NCBI RefSeq assembly: GCF_009834535.1 | Contig: NC_045696.1 | Coordinates: forward strand, 105,340,001 to 105,404,000 | Direction of reading: 5' to 3' | Source of the DNA: Camelus ferus | Taxonomy: Eukaryota | Length of the DNA stretch: 64,000 nucleotides | In this document: piece after piece, positions 11,701 to 26,000 of the stretch | Position numbering within the stretch: the stretch's first letter is position 1 | Layout: the number at the start of each line of letters is the position of its first letter | Made by a program: the position numbers and the translations under genes | Notes under the pieces: model-generated | The model's database searches: none | Told to the model about the DNA's origin: nothing | The model's input: only the letters and a program-made list of their open reading frames with translations

Positions 11701-14700
11701 TGGGGAGGAGTGAGTTTGGACCAAGGTGCTGGGCACGGGGGAGTGCATTAAGAATTCTGATTTTCATATTTGATTTCAGATGCCCATGACACATCCAAGT
11801 GGAGTATTAAAATTGGCATCTGGATAGACGATCTGGAGCTCAGGGTATCGTCATGGATAAAGCAAAAGGAATGCCTGCCATTTTAAGGAGTGAGGAATCT
11901 GAAGGCCAGAGAAGTGGAGGAACTTTCCTGGGGTCACTTGTGGCTGGAAAATGGTGTTGCTCAGACAGGAGCCCAGTCTGTCTGCTTCTAACCCCCAAGC
12001 AGTGGTCAGTGCACTGTTCCAGGCGTGGGTACTAAGTAGTGAGGTTAGGGGAGGGGGAGCTTCATTCTGAGCAGAGTTCGTCAGGTTGGGGACCTCCAAA
12101 GTAGACAGGCAGGACCCTCAGAAACATTGCAAGGGAGTCACTCCGAGTCCCTGGGTAGAAATTAATGAATGAATGCTGACCCAAGGAAGAGTTAGTTTCA
12201 CCACATTTGGATTCCTGTTAGGGCTCACAAATCTGTGAAGTTATACACTTGCCAAAGTCTTTCCTTGAACTGTGTGGCATCTGGTTGGACTTTCAAATAG
12301 GGACAGTGCTGTGGTGGGAAAAGCACCGGTGAAGGTAAGTTTGGTCCCTTCCTATGGGTCTCCCCTTACGTGTTCCGGCAGCCCCTCCACTCTGACCCTC
12401 ACTCCAATGGCGAGCACTAGACTGTGGGTGGGGAGGTGAAAAGTACAGGGGAGCAGGGAGGCATCCCAGGGTCTCTAGCCCACCTCTGCTGGCTGAGGAA
12501 AAATTTTGAACATATTCAGAGACATCCGTGAAGGTGAGAGAGGAAGAGGCAGACACGGCAAGTCCAGTTCCTCCCTCATGTTATGCAGGGGAGGAAATGG
12601 CATGGAAAGATGCAGAAGATTGCCTTTGCACTCTGCTTCTCACAGTCGCCTGAGTGCTGATGATTTGTGAGTTAAGGAGTCCAGGTTCAAGGCCCATGGC
12701 CGCTGCACTTGGAAGAGGTCTCAGATTTCATGTGATGAATACGTGTGCATGTCTGTTCTTTAATTTACAAAGCGCGCCTGCCCTTTTAGCCTACAACTTT
12801 AGCTTTTTCCACAAGCACATTACAAAGCGTTTTAGCGTTGAGGAGCACACTCATATTTCAACTTTATGGCTTGCATTGTTCAAAATGCAGTTATGAAAAG
12901 TATGGTTTAATAAAGTCACTTCAGTGTTGTTAGGTTTTTTTTCCCCCTTCTGCAGCAGCTACAAGCCATATATATTATTCAGAAATAGCTTGCCTTTGGA
13001 CCTTTTCCTCTGAGATAGAAATTCATTTCACCTGGCTATAAATCAGGCTTGGAGATACCTTTAATCCAGGAAAGCAGATCAAACATATTTGATAACCCTG
13101 GTGTTAAAATACCGTATGAGGAAAATAATTTTCCCTGCAAAATACCAAGAAGTGGTTTTGGAATCTGTATGTGTATGCCTCTGTATTTGACCACTACAGT
13201 TAAACCTTTCCTTTTGATTAGAAATACCACGAAATGCACCAACAGAATGTTTGGTTCCCTTCCCCACGGTGGAGCAGAGGTGACATGATTAACTAGCCTG
13301 TGCACATGGTAAAGGGTGGCCAAGCGGCCAAGCCATTTTTCAATCCGGAGAAGAAGCGATGCTTAATTCAATCTGCATAGAACTCCTAATAAGATTCCCT
13401 GGCTCTGGCCAGAAAGATTGACTGCGGACGGTTTCCAGGACAAACCAGTTCTCTCAGCAATAGACATTTTTAGCTGTTATGTACCTCTCTAAGCAATGAG
13501 GAACAAGCAATAATGTGTTAGAGGAGACTTAATTGTGAATGATAAACAGAACATATTTGTAGGCATCCTGTCAGGAGCGCTATCCTAGCTGGGTAATTCT
13601 AAATTGGTCACTTAAATTCTCTGGGCTATGATTTCCACATTTGTGGAGTAAAAATAGACTTGCTTTCTGAGGACTGCTTAAATTTAGAGTTCTAAGTTTC
13701 TCTGTAATTCCCAATTCTTCCTTAGTACAGTTGACCCTTGAACAACTGGGGGTCGGGGAAGAGCGTTAGGGGTGCTGACCCGTCGTGCAGTCGAAAATTC
13801 ACATGTAATTTATGGTTAGCCCTCCATATATACGCAGTTCCTCCAAATCTACAGCTCTGCATCTGCAGATTTAACCAACCACAGGTGGTGTAGTTTTATG
13901 GTTATTAATGAAAAATACCCACATGTAAGTGGACCTCTGCAGTTCAAATCATGTCATTCAAGGGTCAACTGTAGTTTTGCCTGGTACCCTCCCTTTGTTT
14001 CATCTGGATAGCACATGACCTGTGGTTTCTTTCCTCACCTCCTAACTGTGGCTCAGGTGTGGTTTAGCACAGCGTGGACCTCACTAAGCTCAGAGGGCTA
14101 GAGCAGGAACTGAAGTTGTTTCTACCCTTTGGTCAAACGATGGAGTGAGGGAACTGGTCAACATGAGAGAGGTTTGACCAGGCTGGATGAAACGCCTGTG
14201 TGACAGGTCAGGGCTATGTGAGGAGAGAGCGGATCAGCCACTGTTCTGACTGTCCCTTCAGAGTCCAGGACCCTTGGACGGCTTGGAGTGGCAGGTGGCT
14301 GTGGAGATGCGTAAATAGGACCCGAATATTTCACTCCAGACTGAATGCTGATCTGGCCAGTTTGACCAGAGCAGAAAAGGCCAAGGGGTGGAGGCCAGCA
14401 TGCATCAAATACCCACCAGCTCCTCAGCACTGTGCAAAGCATTTTACCATCATTTAAACTGAATCCTTACATAAATAACCCTATGAGATGAGCACTCTTT
14501 CCCCAATTTACTGTGAGAAACTGAGGCTCAGAAAGGGAAAGAGACTTCTCTGAAGTCATCACAGCTAGGAAATCAGGGCCGGGATTTATACCCAGATCTG
14601 ACCCAGCGCTTTTTTATACCAGATGTTCTAAACTGAGCCACTGCACAGAATTGCCTGAAGGCTTGTGAAAAACAAGAAGGGCCCAACCCCCTGCAGGAGG

Positions 14701-17700
14701 GCTAGGGTGGATCCCAGAATTCACTTTTCTAAGAGCTTCCCCCATGCTGTGGTGGTGCCAGCCCAGGGGCCTCACTTAGAGAAGCGCTGTCCTAGACCAC
14801 AGTGCCCACGTTAACCAATCCACAGGTGTATTCTGAGCTCCTACTGTGTGCCCAGGCCTGGACCTGGTTCTATGGGGCACACAGAGCAAAGAGGCAACAT
14901 TGTCCTTGTCCCCATAGAGGTGAGACTTTGGAGATGAGAACAATAAACCCCATGAAAAAGTCAGAGGAAAATGCCAGGTTGTGTCTTGGGAGCAGGGAGG
15001 GTGAAAACATGTGGCCTGGAAAGCAGGTGAGGAAGGAGGCAAGAGAGGGCAGAACACTCAAGAAGTCAAGGCCAGGGTTGGGAGGAGAGGGGCGGGGATT
15101 CAGGGGGCAGATACACAGGGAGCATCCCAGAAAATGCAGAGGACTCCAAGGAAACCAGCCTGCGAGATCAGAGGGTTAATTATGAGGATACCAACAGCTC
15201 CCATTTAGTGGGGCTGTTACCATAAGTCACCAGCCACTGGGCAGACCTCTTCACAGATACCATCACATTTAATCCTCCAAATAGCCTGATGCAGTTAATA
15301 CTAGTCCCACATCCGGCCACTGCTCTCTGCTGCTTCCAGATCTGGACCCTAGTGTCTGGTGATGGGACCGAAGTTAGACACACAGGCGTCATTAGGCTGT
15401 GTTTCTGGGGCAGAAGGACAGAGATGCGAATTGGAGTGTGACATGTCAGCCTCTGCCTAAGATGAGCATGTGTTGATACCAACTGGAGTGGGGGTGACTT
15501 TTTGTTTTTTTTTTGTTTTTTTTTTTTTTTTGCAGCTTTTTAGCAATTTTATGGAAGGATTCATTTTTAGGTCAGAAATACTTGACTACTTGGTCCTGCT
15601 AGTCTTTTCCTTTCCAAACAGGCCAGCAGTTGCCTTAAAGGGAAAAAAATTAAACAGGAGACATTTCTGTAATTGCAGGGCCCAGGTGACAGAGAGAGAT
15701 GTCTCAGAAGGGGTTTTTGTCAGCCCTTTGTGTATCGTGTCCTGTGGAACCCTTGGCCAGCTGGATGTCCCACCATGGAGAGTTCTATGTCCCCAGAGAT
15801 TGGCAAAGGCTGCATCCTGCGTCCTGCTCTTAGAGTCACAAAGCATCTTTCCCATATGAAAGGCTCTGTGAACCTCTTCAGTGCAACAATGAGCCTGGAT
15901 TTAATTCCTCATTTCCCAAACTTAATTGACCATGAGCACTGCCCCCGCTTTTTAAGAATTTTGGGGGTTATAACTCATGGCAGTGACATGGGTTCCTCAT
16001 TGGTAAAATGGAGATAGTACTTATCTCGTGGTTTTCTTGGGAGAATGAAGTGAGTGAAGTTTCCCAAGGGAGGTTCCACCATGGGGCACCATTCCTGATT
16101 CGTTCCAAAGTATGTCTTAACTATCACCCCAAATATTACCATGGGTCCACACAGCATGGCCCTGGGGTCACCTTACTTAAAACCTAGCTCCTATGTTCCT
16201 CCATAAATTCTTTCTTTACTTTCTTGGCTCTACCTTGGTTACTCAAGGTCAAAACCACTGTTTTGGCCTCCCAACTTGATCTTCTGTGCATCCATCCAAT
16301 TATCGAAATTTTGTGATTGTTTTTTCAACTGTGTACGTTGAGACAAGTCACTAACCTCTCTGGGCCTCCGTGTCATCCCCTATGACATGGGGAGTAGGTG
16401 CTTAAATAGTGACTTTCAAATTTCTTAAACTATTGAAGTCTTCCTCCAAACAGCCGCCGATGAGGAAAGGTCTAAAACCACCCAGAAATTCTGGGTCTGA
16501 GATAAGGCCCAGAAATCTGTACTTTTTACATCTTCCCAGGTGATCTTGATCAGTGGCCAGCTCTGGGACCCACTGGTGAATTCTCAGATGTGGCAGGTTC
16601 TCAACCAATAGTCGTGAACAATAATTGAGCAAGGCACTGGCATACACGTAACAGCTCATGCCAATTTGAACCTATTTCTCTTTTCAACTTAGGATACAGG
16701 TAAGCCTTTGACCTTCTGGGCTGCCTGATATTACTTGAAATTTTTCCCTTATGATAAAAGCAGGCTTTATACATTTTAGGATCCAAAAAACCATCCAGGA
16801 TCCTTCCCAGATTCTGTTGTGGTCCAGCCTGGGCTTCTTCTTGGTCTTTTGGGAAAAGGAAAGTGACAGTGACCAAAGAGGGATTCAGAAAGAAATGAGT
16901 CAGCAAGGATATGGGGAGAGAGGGTGGGTGGAATGATGCTTGGCTACCATGGCAGGGCAGCAGAAGGGGTGGGGATGTGACCATCGGAGACGTCCATTCT
17001 CTAAATTGACAGGAGCTCCATGAACTGTTGGGAGCTGCTGGTCCTCCTCATGGGCTCAATGGTATTTCTCCCCCACCAGACAGCACAGTGTGAAGCTTAC
17101 TCACCTATCTACCACAGATGGGCCTGGAATTCTCCAAGAAACAGCACTCAGTGACTCTGAACTGTCCTTCCTCCTGAGGTCATTCTTACCTTGGGTTATG
17201 ATAGACTCAATCTCAGTATTTTTGAAATCTTACAGACTGAATTCTAGAAAACAAAGATTTAGATTGGCATCCAAAGTCACCTGGAGAATTCACAGGCATA
17301 AAGGGGGTCAAATGTCAAATACAATCTGGGAAGAGACCAAAAGCTTAAAGATGTTCGTAGCAAGGAGAGAAATTTAGTAGCTTCAGAACTATCCTCTGTT
17401 TCTACATCTGTTCCACCAGACAGTGAAATTTTGGCTTGGGGGACAATTTATGCACAACCAGAGGTTAGCAGGAGGTGGTGGGCTCAGCACTTAGCTTCTT
17501 GCTGTAAAATGCAGAGCTGAGGAAATGAAACACTCTGTTGAAAGGCATGCTCCCTTTTACTCACTAAACAGTCTCTAAGAAATGAATAAGATTCCCTTTG
17601 AACTAACTACTATATATAAAACAGATAAACAAGCTTCTACTATATAGCACAGAGAACTATATTCAGTATCCTGTAGTGACCTATAATGGAAAAGAATATG

Positions 17701-20700
17701 AAAAGGAATATATGTATGCATATGTATGACTGAAACAGTATGCTGTACACCAGAAATTGAGTACGCATTATAAACTGACTATACTTCAATTAAAAAAAAA
17801 AAAAGATTCCCTTTAAAATATCAAGGCAAAGAAAAGATGTAAGCAGAGTGAATGCAGCAAAAATTTGATAATTGTTGAACCTGGGTGATGAGTGTGCTCG
17901 GCTCCTTGTACTTTCCCCTGTACTTTGGTTTGTTTGAAATTTCTCATAATAAAAATACAAATAATTATTCATCTTTTCCTTAAAAACAGCAAAAGAAATC
18001 TCTGAGCAAGTGTCTGTTAAGTGTCTGGAATATGCCTGAGCTGTGCTGGGGGGCCATGAAGAAGGCAGAATAGTCTAGAAGAACAGCTGCCCAGTCTGCT
18101 GTAAAAATGGAAGTTTAGCAGGGAGGGTACAGCTCAATGGTAGAGCACGTGCTTAGCATGCCTGGGGTCCTGGGCTCAATCCCCAGTACCTCCACTAAAT
18201 AAATAAACAAATCTAATTACTGCCCCTCCCCCCAAAATGGAAGTTTGTACATATACTGCCCTGCTATGGACATTAACAAAATTCCGTCTTTACCTATGAT
18301 CTAGACTGATTGTTTTTAAACAGTGTCTTTCCTTTTAAACCATAAAGTCTTCTGTTTAGCAGACTCTTAGGAGGAAACCAATATGTCAAACAGAATGGGG
18401 GCTGCTGTGGTGGAGGGGTGTGTGCATGTGAGTGTGTGTGCATGTGTGTGTTACGCATGCACAGCAGGGATTTGCAGCTCGGGGTGAGCCCTGCCTGCTA
18501 CCTCCCCACTCCCATCAGGGCTCCTGAGGAGGTGCCCAGAAACCCTAGGTTTCCCAGCAGTTGACAGAGATATCCAAAACGGCCACATGCAAGACAACCC
18601 TTGCTTCCCACTTAAGCAGAGAAAGATGGCCTGCCTGAGACCCACGTCTCTGGTCCTGAATGTCTGACCTTGTTAGAGAAATGAATGAGTCTGGCCGAGC
18701 ACATCATAACATCCACCACTCCCTTTGCCAACAGATATTGATTTTGCCACCCGCAAGATCGCCGTCCATCTGATTCAGACCAAGATCATCGAGCAAGACG
18801 GTGATAATTTCAAGACAAAAACCAACAGCACGTTCCGTAACTATAACGTAGACTTCACGGTCGGGGTGGAGTTTGACGAGTACACAAAGGGTCTGGACAA
18901 CCGGAATGTTAAGGTACTGACCCCAGTGGCGTTTTCACTCATTCGCTCTTGGTGCAGGGGCTGTCTGTTGGGCTTCACAATGAAAAAAGATGACAGAATC
19001 AACCTGGGAGGCCCTCAGGAGAGGGGGACCAGAATGGACTTAATGATGTTGGCAATAAGCGGTTACTTAAAGTTTAGTGGGAAGAGGCAGGCTGGCTCTG
19101 CATGAAGATTATCGGCCAAGGATAGATTAAAGGATGCTGACCTCTCCAGGATCTGGGGTAGGAAGCCGACTCACAGACTGACATGGGCCTGGGAGGCAAA
19201 GTGAAGAGGGCCGGGTGGAACCAGAGGGCAGACGGTGATGGTGTCAGCTGGAGCGCATGGCTCTGTCCCGGGGGCTAAAGCACCAGTCAAGCATTGACGT
19301 GAAGACTGGGGTCTCACACTGCTAGAATTTTTTTTCAAGAGATGTTGAGAGCTAATGTTTTTATATGAACTATCTCAATTTCAGATGACCCCAACTGATT
19401 TAATTTTTTAAATGCATCGACAAAAAATTAATCATTTGATCTAAGAAAGAAATGGAGAATTTTATTAGGGCCAAATCTGAGGACTATAACCCAGGAAGAG
19501 CATCTCAGAAAGCTCTGAGACCTGACCCCCCTATTAGAAATCAAGGCACAGTTTTATAAGTTTTTTTGAGACAGTGGGCTGTGCATCAAATGATGTGTTA
19601 GTGGCAGTTATATAATCCAGATCTAAGTGCCATCCTGGTGGGTCATGTGATCCCTTACAATATCAAGAAGAATGTTACCTTTTAAGGAGTTTTCTTGTTG
19701 AGGCTCAGAGAACATTGCTCTGTATGGTTGTGCAGGTATTCCTGCCGATGGGGGAAGTTTGGTCAATGAATAATGCAGATACAGAATGCACAGTGCGGGG
19801 AGAGAGGAGGCCAAAGGGCAGAGGAGAATTTTTTATGTCTAAATTTTTTCTTGCCTTGCCATAAAATAGGAATTTTATTTCACAAATGCAATGCAAATCG
19901 CACCCAAAAATCAGTAGATGAAATGAAGTCAGAGTTTCTTCAACCCTGGTAACTTAGAGAAATCTCTGGCAAGCTTGTGGCTCCTGTCTCAGACTCGCCT
20001 TAACTCACAGGACATAATGGAGGAAATCTTCTGTGCATTAAAAGGCCAGCAGGCTTCTAGCTGCTTGAACGGTTTGGATACAGGGAGGCCCCTGAAAGCA
20101 AGCAGACAGCTCTGAGTGCAGCGTGGGGAGCGGTCACCAAGCCTGAGAATAGGAGTCTGCAGAAGAGGCAGGCCCCGGCCCAGAGGGGCTCTTTGTAAAT
20201 AAGACAGAGAATGGCAGCAGCAGGGGGAAGTGGGGCGGGAAGGCGGGGCTAACAGCGGGTCCCCTTCTCCTCCTCCGTCTCCATGTGGTATCACAGCCCA
20301 GCCACTGATAGTCACAGTGTTCACTCTCAGTGCTACGTCTTTGGTTTCCCAAATCCAATTACATTTGGTCAGTCCCCATAAACAGGAATAGGGAGAAATC
20401 CAACCTCAGCCATGCCTAAGGGTTCCACAGTCTTAGCATCATACAGGAACCCTGGGGATTGCACAGTCCAGGGCAAGCCCATGCAGTTTACATGAGAATG
20501 GGCAGCTTGAACCCTCGGAGCACACACTCCCTTTATGCCAACCCAGCCCCAGGACCTCTGCCCTGGCTCCCAAGCTGAGGAGGGCCGGACTGAGGATCCT
20601 GTGCCCAGGCATCCGTGCTCTCGCCCCTGCAGACAGCCAGCCCCTCAGAGTGCCACAAGGAAGGAGGACCCTCCCCCCACTCTTCTCTGGTGCTTCCAGG

Positions 20701-22957
20701 AGCTCTTTCAAACTCTGTCTCAACTCTTGCCCCAAAGGAAGGGACAAGAGCTCTGGCTCCTCTCCTAGGGTGGGAAGGAAGAGCTATCCTTGTTCTTTGA
20801 TGATGACTCTAAAGCCAAAAGAGCAGGATACATTCTATTTCTCAACCAAGTTGTCCAGCACCATTGAGAATCTCAGCCACCAAGTCAGGGTTGAATGATG
20901 TTAAGTGCTCCTTGCTAAAGCAAAGTGGGAAATGGAAAGCACTTTGGAAATGCTTCCATCAGAGCGGTCTTGGCAGGAGAGCCTAAGCTCCTGGCCCCTT
21001 GTGGAATCCCTCCCTGCAGGGCAGATGGATCTGCGAGGCTTTTCTGAACCTAGTGGCTGCAGGGTCAATGCATCAGACCCCAGAGCTGATGGAAAGCCTG
21101 TCTCAGAGCTTTTGCATCCCTCTGCTGTTCTAACCTAATCAGTTCAGCATGATTCATTTTGCCCTTGCTTCTCAGTTTTGGGTGTGGGCTGTTGAAAAGC
21201 CGGCCTGTCCTCTCTGACTCATTCTTTGATCACCTTTGAATGGGAGGGAACTCACTCTTGCTAAAATAAATCATGTCCTTTTGACCTGTCCTGACCCTTC
21301 AAAGATTCATTCTGTTAACACCTCCCTTTCTGCCTCTCCCCTCCCTTCCCTCCGAGTCCCACCCTCTCTCCAGGATCAGCTCTTAGCCCTGCAGAGAGAG
21401 ATAATCCCCTTTTCCACATCTGGTCTCTGCTTTGCCTGAAGCAAAAAGCCAGAGCTAATACACTAATACACAGACAGACACACACACACACACACACACA
21501 AAAACACGAGACTGGTGGGGGCTGAGAAGTACCCAGAAGTTTGCCCAGTCTCCAGCCAAGGGCTGTTCCCATGAGAATCACAACACAGAGCAGGTGCCCT
21601 CAGCACTACCTACTTCCTGTAACTTGACTGCAGCGCTTCAGCAGGGGAGGCACAGCAGGGAGCGGTGAGTCTCTCTGATGAATTCCTGGCGCCCACACTT
21701 GGTGGCCCACTGAGCACACACATGGATTGTGTCTTTCTGCGCATGAGCATTTGCATGTGTACGTATCACTCCTATACTCGCTCATGCTCTCATTCTCCAG
21801 GGAGCCACTTCTCAACTCCTTGGTCTCCTTCAGGAGCCCCTCTGAAAACCTTCCCTTTCAGCAGTTTGGAGGAGGGGTTTGGGGTACAGCAGAGGCCTTC
21901 CAGGTCCCCATGGTGCCCAGGTCTGTGTCATCCCGGCGCAGGATCCATGAAACCACATTGATTATGGGGTTGACTCTTCCACGAGGAGCCCAGGGACCCC
22001 CTGCTTCCTTCCTACACATCTTCTTTCCTGCGTTCCCTGACTTGTTTCTCAGGGGATTTAAAGCCACTTCAAAAATACACAAGTGCTCCAAAGTAAAATG
22101 AAATTTAAAAGAGGCCACTGATGTTTGTGCCACAAAACATTATGCAGCCATAAAAAGGAACAAAGTACTGATACATACTATGACATGGAAGAACTTGCAA
22201 AACATTATGCTAAGTGACAGAAGCCAGCCACGGAGGGCCACATGTTGTGTCATTTATACAAAACATCCAGAATAGGCAAACCATAGAGACAGAAAGTGGT
22301 CGGCATGGGTGTGACTGCTAATAGGTATGGGGTTTCTTTGGAGGGGGGCGATGGAAATGTTCCGGATTTAATTAGTGGTGATGGTCTTACAACCTTGTGA
22401 ACATACTCAAAACAAATATGCTATATAAAAGACTGAATTTTATTATGAGAATTACATCTCAGTTGAAAAAAATAATGGCAGGGAAAAGCAGATATCAATG
22501 ATGGCAGTTAGAGCCAATAATGTCCTTGTGACTTCGAGAGGAGCCACGAGAGCCCGTGAGAGGGGAACCAGCCACCCCCACGGGGACCCTCATCTCAGGG
22601 GTTGCCAGAGGGGAGTGGGAGCGTGGGTGCTGCAGGAGGCTGGACTAACTCTTACAGGACAGATGTGCAGGGGAGGGTTTTAACATGTTAATAGTTCCTT
22701 CACTCCTAATTTATCCTTCCCCTCCTTCCCTTTTCCCCCTGGTAACCACAAGTTTGTTTTCTATGTCTGTGAGTCTCTTTCTATTTTGTAAATAAGTTTG
22801 TGTCATTTTTTTTTTTCAGATTCCACATATCAGTGATATCATATGATATTTGTCCTTCTCTGTCTGACTTACTTCAATTAATATGATAATCTCTAGATCC
22901 ATCCATGTTGCTACGAATGGCATTATTTCATTCTCTTTTATGGCTGAGCAGTATTCC

Positions 22958-23000
<43 letters not shown>

Positions 23001-26000
23001 CACAACTTCTTTATCCATTCATCTGTCGATGGACACTTGGGGGTTTTCACAGCCTCCTGAGGAAGCAGACAGGTAGGTAGACAGTTACCATCTAGTGCCT
23101 TACCAACACTATCCCCTGTTCCCCCATTAAAGGTTTTAAAAATAATAATGTGAGGCTTAAGATGACTCTAAAGGAGTAAGAGACATACTTTCTTTAGAAA
23201 ACATGTAGAATTTTATTGCTAAATTGACTTGGGAAATATTAATACATACACATAATTTAAAAAGTTTAAACATGAAACAGTGAGATTTCCTTGCTATCCT
23301 GGCCCCCAGGACCTCAGTTCCCTCCCCAGGGACAGTCACTATGAAGGGTTCTTTTATCTCCTTGCAGAGAACACGTGCAAACATACAGGTACATCCCCAC
23401 CCCCTTCTTTTATGCACAGTGGCCCTGCCCCTTGCTGTTTGTTTTTTTTTAAATCTTTTTTTTTTTTTTTGGAGGAGGGGAGTAATTAGGTTTATTTACT
23501 TATTTATTTTCATGGAAGTACGGGGGATTGAACCCAGGACCTTGTGCGTGCTAAGCACATGCTCTACCACTGGGCTATACCCTTCCTCCACTCCTTGTTT
23601 TTTAACTTGAACTGTGAGCTCCAGAGCCTGCTCTTCTCCATAAGTTAGAGCTGCCCCTCCTTTCAGGGGCCACAGAGCAGGGACGAACCCCTCCACATTT
23701 AACCAGCCGCCCACTGACGGAATTTATGAGGCTTTCAGGCCTTTGCTGTAACAAACACTGCAACGGGCTGAGGAGTAAAATAAGGAGGAATAAAACTGTA
23801 CATAAAATATATAATGTGGTCAAGGTCAAATATTATTTTAGAAATAGGTAGACTTAACAATCCATAGAAAACAGTTTTGTACCAAAAACAGATCCGAAGG
23901 TGCAAAGGACAGTGAATAAAAAAGACCGCAGGTCCATTTATCAGCAAGTCGGTTTGCCAGATACCCAGGAAAACAAACGTCTGGTCCTTTACATAATATG
24001 TGTGAACTCTGTTTTCTACTCAGTTCTGCTCTAAACTGCTCTAAAAAAATAGACTCTATTAAAAAAAATAAATACATCAAGAAAAAAAATTTTTAAATAT
24101 TGCTCATAGAGGCATAATGGGTTTGCACATGCTTGGAAGAAACCCCGCTCACCTCAGGGTCATCTGTGAGGAAGGGCAGCACCCACGCACCACCACTGCC
24201 TGGATGGGAGCCGCGTCGTCTCACTGCCATCTCACAGAGGTGGGTGGCCCTGAGGACCACCGAGAGACAGTTCAGATGCTCCTGAGTGAGAGAAAAGGGG
24301 GACCAGGAGGAGGAGTTGGGGTGGGTGTGTAATTTGTAAAGATGTGAATTTAGCATAAGGGGTTTGAGCCTCCTGTGGTTCAGCCTTTTGTGGCTTCTCC
24401 AACCTGCTGGTCAACACAAGCACAAGCTCTGCATCGCTGCAGCCTCCCCAGTGCTACTAACTGGTCGGCACTGCTGCCTGGGGGAAACCAAGGGCCTGGA
24501 GAAGGTCCACCTCCTGGTTCTGAACGACAAAGCAGGCTTTGGAGCCATTCACACAGCCCCCTGCAGGGAAGGTGGCTTCCCTGCCTTTGTTATTGCCCGA
24601 CAATGGGCAGTCCTCACCATGTCATTCCTGCAGGGAGTAGTCCCAGAAGTAGAATTTCTAGGTCAAAGAGTGTACATCATGTTACATTTTGAAATGTAAT
24701 GTAAAATTGCCCTGCAAAAGGATTCTTATCAATTTATATGCCCACCGGCCCTGTCTGAGGGTCCAGCCGTCTCTGCACCCGCTCTAGCTCGGTGTGTTAT
24801 CAGTATGTATATCCAATCCTTGACTATAGACTGAATTGTATCTTAAACATAAAGTCTTAATTTGCATGTGAGTAAGACTGAATATCTTTTCTTATGTTTA
24901 AAAGCCATCTGCTAAGTTTTTGTTTTTTCCTTGCCAGCCATTGGTTTGGTGTCCTGTGTTGAATTTCCTACTAGATTAATGATCTTTTCCTTACTGATTT
25001 GCAGGAGCCCTTGTAGATAAGGAAATCAGGTTTATCTGATATGTGGTACAATTATTTTTCCCCATTTGTTATTTATCTATTGACTTTGGGGTATTTTTCC
25101 CTTCCAGAAATTTTACATGGGGACATAGTTAAATCCATCATCTCTTCTCCCACTGATCTGGGATGCTGTCTTTACCACATGGTAAAATGGAAGAGAAGGC
25201 TTTCAAAGAGAACAGAACCAGCCATGACAAGCCTGTGTGGCTGGAATGGAGGCTGTATGTGGAAAATGAGACTGGGGGGATCTTGGCATGACTGTGGCTG
25301 AGGGCTCCGCTCTGCGGGCAAGCAGGAGCCCGGGAAAGGCTGCAGGAACTGCAGCTTTACGTGTGTTCAGTCCCAGTCAGGACCATACATTTGATTTGCC
25401 CGGAAACCTGTCATTGCAGACGCTGGTCATCTGGGAAGGTGATGCCCTTGTCTGCGTGCAGAAGGGGGAAAAGGAGAACCGTGGCTGGAAGCAGTGGGTG
25501 GAGGGGGACAAGCTGTACCTGGTAAGTCCCGGGGTCCGCCGAGCTCCCCTCCAGCGTGCTTACACCAAACTGCCGGTTCAGCTAGCCAGGCGCTTTGACA
25601 AGAAAAATGGCCTTGCCCTCCTCCCCTTAGCTCCAGCCAAAGGCATGTGGTCATATAGTCAGAAAGCCATTCCTGCGTGGCTCAGGGGACTCCAGGAGGA
25701 AATCTATATGGCTCTTTCTGTGAATGGCTGCAATTAAAACGAAAGTTCAAAATGCTGAGCTAGGAAGCTGCGATCCAAGGAGAAATGCAGGGAACCTGTT
25801 AAAGACCAGCAGGGGAGAAATGTGAGGAAGACACTTAAGATGCCCTGGAGGAGAGGGAGACTGGGCCTGCCCGGTTCTGTGAGCCTGGGAGGAGAGGGGT
25901 TGCACTGTGGGCGGGATGCCCTGGAGGCAGCCGGGCCTGGGAGATGCCTGTAGACCACAGGCACAGGCCTCTTATCATAAGGCATGCTCACCTGATCCCA

